Made by a program: the position numbers and the translations under genes. Positions 24,923-36,900 of a stretch of DNA of 64,000 nucleotides are shown here, piece after piece (within the stretch, counting starts at the first letter, position 1; each line of letters begins with the position of its first letter). The notes beneath the pieces were generated by a model, which saw only the letters and a list, made by a program, of their open reading frames with translations, was not told where the DNA came from and searched no databases. This DNA is from Diadema antillarum (lineage: Eukaryota), in NCBI RefSeq assembly GCF_040938485.1, contig NW_027272293.1:310001-374000 (forward strand), written 5' to 3'.

Positions 24923-27900
24923 GTCTTTCAATATGTTTATGAGATATCCAACAATATACAAATGCAAGAAGTTGGTATTCCTTTGCTACTTTCCTTTGTA
25001 ACAGGTGGATGCTCTGGTTGAGGAGGTGACAGACCTTAAGAACAAGGTGGCTGAGCTGGAGGATGAGAAGGGTCACCTACAGCTGAGACTGGTGGACTTT
25101 GATGAGACCAAGGCTCAAATAGGTATAGTGTACATGGGATGGCATTAAACATTCAGAAATTATTTCATTCTTCCTGAGATGTCCTGGTTTGATTGCTCTG
25201 CATCAATCAGTCAGTGCCTTTAGTGGAAGTCTTTCCAAGGTGAAAGTAGAAAAGGAGAAACATATCCCACATTACAGCAAGAACACCAATAATATTTTCA
25301 TGCCATGTCATTTGATGCACTGCTATACTTGTATTCAGTGTGACGGTACTTAATCTCACCATGTGCTCTTCAGTGAGAACGTAGATAGGTCATATGACAG
25401 CTATGGAGGTAGTGTTAGAGGGAGATAAACACTCCTTTAAAGACTGCTTACCATCAAGCCAAAAAAGAGTATTGGCCATGACAAACATGCAATTGTAATC
25501 CACATGGGAAAGCAGCGTAAATAGGAGAAATTGCTCCTGCAAGATCAACAGTGCTTGAACTCAGGGTAAGTCTCTCATATCCATGCAAGTTGCAGCAACA
25601 TTGGGCATACAAATTTTGTATGATTATATAGAAAGCTGTGGACATTGGAATATTAGTAAATAAAGTCAATTTACTTTTTATGTAGTAGGCATTACAAAGT
25701 GGTCATTATGATCACTTAACAAGGGCAGTGGCTACAGACACACAATAATCATGTAAATGAAATGTCACTTATTTGACAAAAAAGCATAGTTGTGCATACC
25801 CCAGCCAAACAAAGTACAAAAGGGAAAATAGGAATCAGAGTGTAGTCAGTCAGTCAGGCGGGTGGGCAGTTATTCTGTTGCAAATGTTGCAGATCTAAAC
25901 TTCTCCAATTTTCAAGCAATTCAAAAGAAATATGGCACAGATGTTAAACTCAATGTCAAATTTTGCAAGACACATTTTTAACAGTAGGGGAAAGTGCATT
26001 GCCATGGCAACAGGACCAGCCCCAAAATCAGGTAAAAGGTTTGCAGATTAAACTACTTGGTTAGTTTTTTCAGCCATTCACAAGAATATGGGAACACTTG
26101 AGCAAGTTGATGCAAAATTATGCAGGACAAATTTGTATGAGTGGCAGAAAAGGCATTGCCATAGTGACAGTATATTATGGCACCAAATCAGTAAAATGCC
26201 TTGCAGATCAAAATTTTCAAGTTTGTAAGCGATTCAGAAGAAATTTGGTGCTCTTTGTGGTTATGTAAAGTTGTGTGGACATATATTTTTAGAGTAGTGA
26301 AAAGTGTGTTGCCATGGTAATATCACATTATTAGGTGGGGGTATCAATTCAGTGACATTTCTAGTTTCTTCATAGCATACTTAAGTTACTCTGCATCCTC
26401 CGGGACAGAGGATACCCTTGCCTTTTTCAATTAAAAAAAAAAAAAAAATTATTTCCCATTTTAAACAAACCAATTTTGTACAATTTTGTCTATACTTCAT
26501 GGCTGTTTTTGTAAACAAAGGCTTCTATAGTGTTTCCCACTAGCTTAGCATAATGGAATCAAAAGGGGCCTGAGCTTTCCATCCTTGCAGAATCTTCATC
26601 AGAGGCAAAATGACAAACAGGCAGGGACAGCAATCACATATACTGTAAAGGCCGTGTCACACTATTCCGGGCAAGCTACGCGGGCTTGTGGCGAGGAGGT
26701 AGTTTCCAGCACTTAGAAGATTTTCAGCGGGCGAACAAGAATGTTTGCAATTTTCATTCATGCCTTGTCATACCGTACGGGGGAAGTTTTGCGGCTTGAC
26801 TTGCGGGGAAACAAATTTACTCCCGGAGCTCTCCGCAGTTGGTCCGCACCTGACAGTATCTAGTGTGTAGTTGCCCGGAGGTGCTCACGCAAGTCCGATT
26901 TAACCGCAGCCAAGTTTAGAGCATGACCAAAACTTTTTCTGGGTGAGTCGCGGGAATGCCCGTAGAGGTCCATGCAGAATGCCAGTAGGAGGCCCTTAGC
27001 GGCAGCACTTCCCAGGCAATTCCCACGCAGGTACTTCGCAGTCCCGTATGCAGCCAAGATAATGAAATTCTGTGGGATTTCAGCCATTCCATTAGAGGAA
27101 TTCCTTCACTGAGTTGTCAGCCCCCACGCGACTGGTACAAAGGTCACACAGTATACTCGCAAGTATAATTTAAGTAGAACGCGTCCAGCCAGGAAGACAC
27201 ATGCGCTGACTCGCTCATATCCTTTTCCGCCCTCAGGAATGTCCGGTATGCTAGAAAATCCCTACACGTAACAAGCCCGAGTAGCTTGCCCGGAAAGGTG
27301 TGACAGGGCCTAAACACGGTTGCGGGTAAAAATATATGCGTGCGCACCTCCGGGCGACTACGGTTGAGATACATGCTAGGTACTGTCATGTGCGGATCAT
27401 CTACGGGGACCTCCGGGTGGTCAAAAATGCTCTTTGCAAGTCGCACGCAAGGCTTGCCCGGAAAGGTGTGACACAGCCTTAACCCGTTGAGGACGGGCTG
27501 ATTTTGCTACAACACGCATTTCCCATAGACCTCTGCCCGAGTATACTCGGGACTCGTCCTCAACGGGTTAAGGACTACACACAATAAGAACAGTCAGGGG
27601 AGGGCTAGGGACACAGAACAAAGAAAACAAAAGGGATGCCTTGGAAGTCATGGGCAGGGAGCCCAACAAGTATAAAGGGTGGGTGATTAAAGCAGGAAGG
27701 TGGACAGACAATAGGCAGAGGTGGGTGAGTGATGATCCCAAGGATCATGGGGGCAACCTGTGAAGGATGTGGGTGAATAGGGAGGCAACATCAAACAAGT
27801 TAAGGAACAACAGAGGGATAAAGAATAGAGAAAGAGTGAAATAGCAACAGCATGAATGAAAGGGTGAGGGGCTGAACAAGCAGTGTGCCCTAACCTGGTG

Positions 27901-30900
27901 TACAAAGATGAGGCTACAAAATGAATGTGAGAGTCAACCAACAAGAGCAATTTACTATATAATAATGATAATAATTATGCCTAGCATAATCTAAACTGCT
28001 GGTATTCTAAATCATCGTGAAACCACATGTTAATGCAATGACACAATATCAAAGCTTCTTCTTTTTTTTTACATGTACTTCTAGAGAAATCTTGAAAAAG
28101 GATCAAATGACATCTCTTGACATATGTAGATGATACAACTAAAAGAATAAAGGGAATTCAAACAGCGAAAAAAGTATGCATGTACATACAATTCTGAATG
28201 TCACTTAACGTTGCATATACCGCTTCGTGTGTTAGTGTGATTTACATCATAACATATTAGTAGATAGCTGATGTTGGTACAGTGTGTCATTCCACCTTTA
28301 GTTAGGAGATGAGTTGTTTGTGATGGCTGAGCAGCACATATAAATATTGCTATATTCTATCCAATGTATTGTGTGTATCAGAGAGTTTAGAGAAGACCAT
28401 TGAGGAAGGAGAAGAAAGGAAGAAACAGATGGAGGAAGAGAAGACTGAGCTTCAGACTATCATCCATCAGGCAGAGGAGAAGAAGATGGAGCTAGAGGAA
28501 AGAATCTCTCAACTTACAGCTCAGGTTGAACAGGTTAGAGGGGAAAAAGCTTCGGACTTTACAGATTGCAATGCTACAACAAAGTCCTCAACTGCTTTGC
28601 TTTATTGTTGAAGGAGGAGATTAGTTACCTTGAAATCTCAGTGAGCAGAGTGTAGAGTTTATCATATGCCTGCATGACAGCAAGTTTGAATGGAAATGTT
28701 TCACAAATAACTCTCACACAGGAAACTGAAAAAATGTATATGTAACCTCACAAGATCTTGCATTTTGGGTCACTTTTCTGTTAACGATGTAGTTTAATTT
28801 GTCTCTCTAGGATTGGTAGCCATTCGACCAAGTGATGAAGAATTGATAGATTATGTTGTAAAATATGTTTTATTATGATGAATTCTGTATTTTTTGTTTT
28901 AACTCATAGCATGTGAAGCTAGAGAGTGTTTACCTGACTAATGTTTGCCAACAAGACAACATGTTTAATTTGATGCCTTGTGATTAATATGTATGTTAGC
29001 TGAAAAAGTCATCACATGCCATCTGTATCATCTCACTGTAACATTACATAATCCCCCTTCTGGTCATCCTTTCTGAGGTCTCTTTGTTTCTGATCTTCTA
29101 TACTCCTTTCTCTCCATCCATGCTCTGGTAAAGCTATGTAAAGACCTGTAGTCATTCCATTTCCTGTACCGCCTACCCTTTTTGTCTCATATCGATGTTG
29201 TATACATCTTCGCTAGTGAATGAACACTTGGCTTGCTGTGACAGTTACTTCTCAAGCCACACACAACCACTTGTCTCTCAAATTATTTTGTCACCAGGTG
29301 TAGATTACAGAAGTGATACTCTGTCTCTTCATAGATGTTTCTCCAAAGAGAGAAATGGCAAAAGGTCTTTGCATATTTGTCTCTGACATAATTATGTATA
29401 CATCCTTTGTTGGGTTTCTCCCAGAATCAAGTCAACCACAACCGGGCTGAACAGGACAAGATCAGCAGGCTGAGCCAGGAGGTCGATGACCTTCAGGGCA
29501 AGCTGAGTGAAGCTGAAGAGAAGTGCCACCAGGAAGTGAAATGGCGGGTCAGTGTCGAATCTCGGCTGGTGGAGCTCACTGACTATAGAAAATCTTCTCA
29601 GTCCAAAATGGTCAGCAACACATTAGAAGACAACGAACCAGTAAAAGTTCCTGCATCCCCCATCAGCCCATCCACCACCCATTCCCCCTCCCCTCTAACT
29701 CACTGTTTGACCATCCTTTGTCTTCTGTGTTTGCATGTTACATGTCCATGGCATTGTCAGTATTTATTAACATCATGATAACTTTCAACATTTAAACATT
29801 CAAATTCTTCTGCAGAGACAGAATGGGTACTGGTATTTCTAATTTGGGAATCTATATCCACCTGAATTATGTTATAGCATGACTTGTTCATTACATATAA
29901 CCTGCGTTTGGTTCTTCCTGCACACTACGTTTTCTGTGGACTTTGAAAACAAGCAATGATTGTTTCCTTCTAATAAAAAAAAAGAAAACGCACACACACA
30001 TAAACATTCGTTGCTAATGGATGTTAAAGACATTTTTGAAGTCAAGTTACCCATAGAGAAAGTGATACTGAAAAAAAAAGCTTTTAGTCACCCATAGCTA
30101 AGACTCTATGATATAATGATGAAGCAATTGATTTGTGATAAAGTATATCCTACACATGCTTCAGAACAGAGAAAAGCATTATTACTAGTTTGAACTCATA
30201 GCGCATGGGTCAAAAGAACTAGGGATCATGTACCATTCTTAGAGCTTTGATGACAAGACACCTGTAAAATCAGTTCACTTTAGGTGTGCACTTAGTCTTA
30301 TCTACACGATACCTCTATTTATGAGGTTTTACCATTTGTAACTCTTTCAATTTCAACCATGCAATTTTAGCTAGCAATGCGATACATAGGCTCTCTTTAT
30401 GCTGATTATATGCATGTGTTTTGGACAATGATTTTGTTTTTGTTCATAATTTCATGCATGCAGCCTGTCCAGCTTCTGTGAAGATGTACATGTATTTGTA
30501 TTGTACCCTCTGTTTTAAATATCCTTCAAAAGTCTATAGCATCCTTAAAAGCATAGCAAGTACCCTGATTTGACCCAAACACAAAGTTCTCATTGTATAT
30601 GGCAAGAAAACCAGAAACAAACATTACCGTTGCCTATTACAGCCATCACAAGCACTTGGACAAGTTCTCTAGTGATAGCACATACGTAGATGATATATTG
30701 TGTAAGTTGTGATCAGCAAAATTTCTCTTCTGTTGTCTCTCAGTTACAACAACAAAAAATGTGTTTAAAGAGAGGACGTAATGAAGTCCTGTTCTGCTAT
30801 AAAGCAAACATATTGAGGTCATTGGTGATTTAACAATATGCCCTGCTATACACTTCATGTGTTACACGCTCCTCACATAGCAGACATCTTGTAGTGGTGA

Positions 30901-33900
30901 CATTGTTAAAAGATTATTGGTACATGTGTATGCCATGTGTGCTTTATGAGAGTCCCTGTTTGATAGTTACCATTTTTTTTTTTTGTCAAGACACTTTTAA
31001 GCTCCTTTACATGAGGCATCAAAAATTTTCCTAAAATATAGCTCTATTGAAATATTAAATTTCACAAATCTGTCATGACCATTTAGAGTATGGGGTATAT
31101 ATTGACAGTGTGTCATGAATTTTTGTTATGGTCATCTCACATTATTCTTGCATGAAAATTGACAAACAGTTGTTTTTCAAACATCTACCTCCTTTGAAAA
31201 GATGTGAGAAATGGACAAATATACAAGTAGCTCTATCAGGGCATTTATGATTTATAGTGTGCTTACATTTTATGAATGCACATAATCTAGCATACATGAT
31301 AGTATAGACATGTTTAATTAAGTTTGTTAAAATGTATTGTCTTTTGTGTTGAAAATATAAATGAATAAGTGCAAAGATATTACAGGAAACGAACTTTTTC
31401 TGGACATTTTCTGTGCTCAGTGTTGACAATGTGTGTGCATGTGCACTGTCAACTTGTTTTTAGTGAGGATATGTTTTTGTTGCTGCATTTTCCACTCATG
31501 TGAAAATGAAATAACATTCATATGTTCCAAGAAACTATGACATGTACATCACTAGGACTGACTAAAATGTGCTGGCACACAGTTTGTTTCTGTTTTGGCT
31601 AATTACATATGATTTTCTATGTGCAGGTGGAACAAGAGGAGAAAATTGCCTCACTACAGCAGTCTTTGGATGAATCCAACCAGTCTCAGAAGGACACAGA
31701 GATAGCTAGGGCAGGTTTGGCTGATGAGAAGGTTTCCATGGAGCTTAAGATGGTTCAACTGGAGGAAGAGAAAGAGGGTAATTCAACTTTCTTAATAAAC
31801 TTGTATCAAGGATAGTAGGCCTCACAAGCTCTCATAATTATTTTCACATTTCTCCTAGATTTAGTCTTTCAGATACCATAATTTGCATTAAATCTGGGAA
31901 CATGTGCACATAGTTGTTCTTCCAGCTGTTCCTGAAGAGAAAAATCTGAGCTTTCTCATGAAACTGGCATATTATAGTTGGGTACATGATTTTGCTTGTT
32001 ACAATGTTTCCCTTGTATGTCATGTACCTCATTATAAAGATGGCAGAAGAAGTACCTTTAATGGCAACCTAAGATATCTTTGAAAAGGTACCCATGGGTC
32101 TGATAGTGGTTGGCTCCTGCATACTCAAAGCTTATTAAAAATTGTGATCATATAATATGTGACCATGTATCACAAAACCAACCAAAAGTTGCATGCCCTG
32201 ATTTTACTTGAGGACTCAAAATATGTAAAATGGGTCAACCTAGTCAATCTTGAGTTGTCATACTGCCTGAAAGAACAATTCTTCATTATTCTAAAGTTTG
32301 GGATCATAAAACAAATAGGAAATTGTGTTTTTAGCAGTTTTTCTATGCAGCTATAAAAAAATTTTTGTAGCAGTTTTTCTATGCAGTTTTTCTATAACAC
32401 TTTTTTTTTGTAGAATAGTGTGACTAGGTATATCCCCGAGGCCTCTTTTCATTTCTTAGAAATCCTGTACACACTCTTCACTTTCAACTCTAATAACTGA
32501 AAGGATTATGCTACTGCTTTGAAAGTTGGTATTATGGATAGAATGTGTTAATAGAGCATGCTTGATTGCAGCTTAATCTGATAGTCCTTGTCATTTCTGT
32601 AGCGTTTTACACCCTGTCTTTTGTCCCATTCATTGCACTTGTTCCATTCAATGCACAGCTAGCAAGGCTTCGTAAGATTTAGTGCTTGACTAGACTCTAT
32701 ACTTCAGAGACTCTCTTCTCAGTAAACACTTTTCCAGAGTGTGTGCTTTCTTTACAATATTTGGATAGGTTATGAGAGTGAATTTTAATTGAGTTATACA
32801 TCATTTTAAGGCTTAATGTCTGCTCTTTCAGAATCTGCCCTTGACTAAAAATCCATGTCTGGCGACTTTCTGTTGGTTTTGTGTTGCACGGTCACATATT
32901 ATGTAATGTGATTGTGCTTATTTTATGTAAATGCATACTATAGTCTTTGCAAATGTTCAACTGAGCTGGGGGGGGGGGGGAACAAATATATTGTAGATAT
33001 ATCAATTGTGGTTGCCTGATATTGTAAATTTTAGCAGCCATTGCCCGGTATTGCTGTATATCATTCTATAACACAGAATGTTGTGTAATGTCGAGAATTA
33101 GTGGAAAATTTTTCTTTGCTCATTTTTCCACTTACAAATTATATTCATTTCTGGTCAGTTTCCCTCTGTTTGCAATGTTGAAAATGTTAACATTTGCTCC
33201 AAAACTTCTTACTGTTGATTAAAGAAAGAGACTGGTTCATAGGAACACATCTAGATATGTTGATTGTGTCTGCTTTTATTTGTTCTCATATCCTGGTCTC
33301 TGTCTTTAGTGATCTTACATGATAAAAATCATATGAAATATACCTCCCCTTCAGTAATCTGTGCACTTGAAGTATAGCAAATGTCCTTATTTACCAGGCC
33401 TAGAGAAGTCTGTCTCCTCTCTGGAGGAGGAGCTGGCTAAGGAACGGAGAAAGATGGAAACAGAGTTCCAGTCCTTGGTGGAGATGGAGCGAGAGAAGGA
33501 AGTCCTCCTCAAGGAGCAGGCAAATTGGAAGGAACAGGTGGAGACACTGACCTCTGACCTCACCAGGACTCAGGATACCAAAACTCAGCTAGAAGTGAGT
33601 TGATAGTGCCCAGTAATGGCTTTGTGAAGAGTATCCCAAGAGCTCTTACCTTATTTATGTTCTAAAAGAGATACGAGATAGACCAGTATTTTGCAAGGTT
33701 TTTATTTTCGCAAATTTTGCGAGTCAGTTGTTGTTCACAAATTCATAGACACACAAAAATAATAACTCTGATCCCCAACATAAATGTGAAGTGCATGCAT
33801 ACACTGTACATTGCTCCTTCAGCACTGTACTCCACCCTCATGAATGTAACCACTCGCAAAATTGTCACGAAGTCCCAATTTGCGAAAAATTAAACTCGTT

Positions 33901-36900
33901 AAATATATGGCGTTTACAGTAGCAAGGGATTCATATGGTCTTTTTTGATAGGGATAAAGGTTAATAGTCCCCCAAAAACCTCTCCTTGAATGAGAAAATG
34001 TTAATGCAGAGAGGGATGAAGGTTAATCATTGGTCAAAGGTCAATCATTGGTCAAAGGTCAAGATCAGTGGACTTTAACGTGAAGGGCCATGAACATTTA
34101 AGGCACATGTAATGATTGCATGAGAAGCGGAGATAGTCAACAGCGCAACAGTTGAATTACTCCAGTTTTATTCGTAATTACTTGTCTGACTAATTTCATT
34201 GGTCAGTTATGGTTTGAGAAGTGTCATATGAGCTTGAGTTTTCAAGGTAAATTAATCTGCTTCCCACATTTATGGCATTTTATGCCATCATAGACAGTAC
34301 GATATTTAAGATTCAGATTACCCCCTATGCTCATAGCCAAAAAGAAAACAGTCCTGTATTGATGCAATAACTAATGTATCCCTTGAGTCAACATTAAGTG
34401 AGACTGTGAGGACATCTCTTTTTGAATATGTTCTGAAAGGTTGGATTGTTTCTGATTTCTGTCTTCCAGACTGCTGTTGGTGAGTTGAAAGAATCTAATG
34501 CTAAGTTGTCTGAGGAGAAGCAGAAAGCCGAAGCCAACATTGAAATGCTTCAGATGGACCTTGAACAAGCTCACTCACACGCTGAGAACCAAAGCTCAAT
34601 TTTTGCCGCTGAAAAATGCAAGATCGATGCAACAATAGAAAAGCATGAGAAAGAAATTTCAGAGCTGCAGCAAAATTGTCAAGAAAAGAATGAAGACCTG
34701 AAACAGTTGGCAGAAAAAGCTAAGATGGCAAATTCAAAGTCTGAGACATTGGAGGCAGAAGTGTCTGAAAAGGATTTCAAAGTTGAGTCTTTGCAGACAG
34801 TGATAACTCAACTAGAGAGACAAGTACAAATACTGAAAGAAGGGCAGAATGAAGAAGGACGTAAACATGAATCCAAGATGTCATCTCTTCTCAGTCAGAT
34901 TGAAGAACTGGAAACAGAACTTATGAATAATCAGAGGAGCCAGACGGAGCAGGAAAGAGTGGTAGAGAACTTGAAGAGAGATCTAGAGAAAACAAAAAGT
35001 GAGATGAAAGACGCTGAGAAAGAGTCAGAGTCCAAACTTGCAAAATTGTCTGAGGAACTAGATGAGAAGGAGAAGCATGCTAACTCCTTACAAGAGCAGC
35101 TCATGACCTCCCTGAAACTTGTACAAGACAAGGAATCATCCTACCAAGAACTCTTGAAGAAAGAGAAAGAAGAGGCTAACAATGTAGAAATGAAACTTAG
35201 TCAGGAGATTGCTCACCTGAAGAATGAGTTGGAATCATCTCAAAGGATCTGTGAAGATCTCAGGGAAGAAAAGGAGTCATTGGAAAGAGAGATAAAGAGA
35301 AATACAGAATCCTCTGATGAATTGTTGAGGAGGAAAGAGGAAGAGCTGAGTGTGCAGCAAATGGAGTCTATGAATGTTATTGATGACTTGAAGAAGAAAC
35401 TTGAGTTGTCTCAAACTGAAAAGAGCCACCTGGAGGAATCCCAAAGAAAGTTGGAAGTAGAACTCTCTTCACTGAAAGACCAAACTATCCACCATGAAGA
35501 GGTGATTGCTTCTATCGAGACAGACAAGAAACAGCTTGAGGAGGCATTAGGTCTTAAAGACTCAAACTTGATGGCAATAAGAGAGAAGCTGGATGAAGCA
35601 GTCAGGTACGGTGCTGAGCAAGAAGAAATTGTGCAGGCAAAGGATGCATCCCTGACTAGCTTGAAAGAACAAATTCAGGATGTAGAAGAGAGATGGAGCA
35701 AAGCTACAGAGAATGTAGGGCAGTTGGAAACAAACTTTGAAAAGTGCTCAGAAGAACTCAATAGTATTAAAGAATTGCTCAAAGAAAAGGATGCGCAGAT
35801 AGAAACAATGTCACAGGGCAATGAGGAGAGCATTCTGGAAATTGAAAGACTGAGGAAAGCTCTTTCTGAGACTGAAGAGAGCAATCACAATCACAGTGAA
35901 GAACTTGAAAGTCTTCGTACTGTTGTTTGTGACAGAGACAATCAGTTGTCCACAATGGCTGAGAAGCTGAGAGATCTGGAGAGTCAAAGCAAAGCTGAAT
36001 CTGCTTCTTCACTTTCGAAATTAGAAGATCTGATGAATGAAAAGGCAGATGAGAAGAAAAAGAATGAAGAGATTCTCCAGCAAATGCAGAATGTAATCAC
36101 AGAGAAGGAAAATAGAATAACCTCTTTGCATGAGATAGAGTCACAGCTGCAAGACAGTTTACATAAAGAAGCAGCATTACAAGACCAGCTAAAAATGCTT
36201 GAAAAACAAGTCGAAGATGAGAAAGAGACTTTGAGCCAAGCAGAGAATAGATGTAGTCAGAGCGAAAAAGAAAAGACTCAGCTTGCTGAAGAGCTAGCTG
36301 TTGCAAAAGAACAGATGCAGAAACTTCATCTAGCCTTGAGGGAGAAAGAAGAGGAGATTGTACAAACTCAACAAGTCTTTGACAACCAACAGAGGCAGAA
36401 GGAGGAAGAGGTGACTGCCATTCAAGAATCTCTTCAGAAAGCAGCAACTGTAGAAATGGACATCAAGAGTCTCCATGAAGGAGAAAAACAAGAACTTCTG
36501 AAAACTCTTGAGACAATGAAAACTGAGCTTGCTGACAAGACAAGTGCCATTGATAAACTAATGGGGAGGACGGCAGAGCAAGAAAAGAATGAAACAACAC
36601 TGCAACAGAAGCTACAAGAAAAGAGTGACATTCTAGAACAGCTCACTCAGAAGGTCATAGAAAATGAACAGATAGCAGCACAAGAAATTGAAATGCTGCA
36701 AGAAAAGCTAGCTCATGCAGAAAATCAGAAAGGTGCCATCACACATGAGATGGAACAACAAATTAAGCAGCTTCAAGAAGCCATCACGGATATCAAGATG
36801 GAAAAAGAACAAGTTATGGAAGAGTTGGAGCAGAGGAAGGCAACACTGGAAAAGATTAGCATTCAGCAGGCAGACAGAGAACAACTGTTTAATGAAGAGC

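Larger units (their letters stand above)
26556..27941 (-). mobile_element. Second Penelope 3'-tail copy (inverted), split by nested insertions into 26556-26640 and 27572-27941
   Basis: Both halves match the reverse complement of 5738-6191 and are collinear across the insertion point (gcaatcacata|aggactacacac). Confidence 0.85.

Noticed and set aside
26860-27446. GC-rich ORFs of 75 and 100 aa
   Set aside because: They lie inside the Harbinger-type MITE and show no transposase or Myb/SANT motif.
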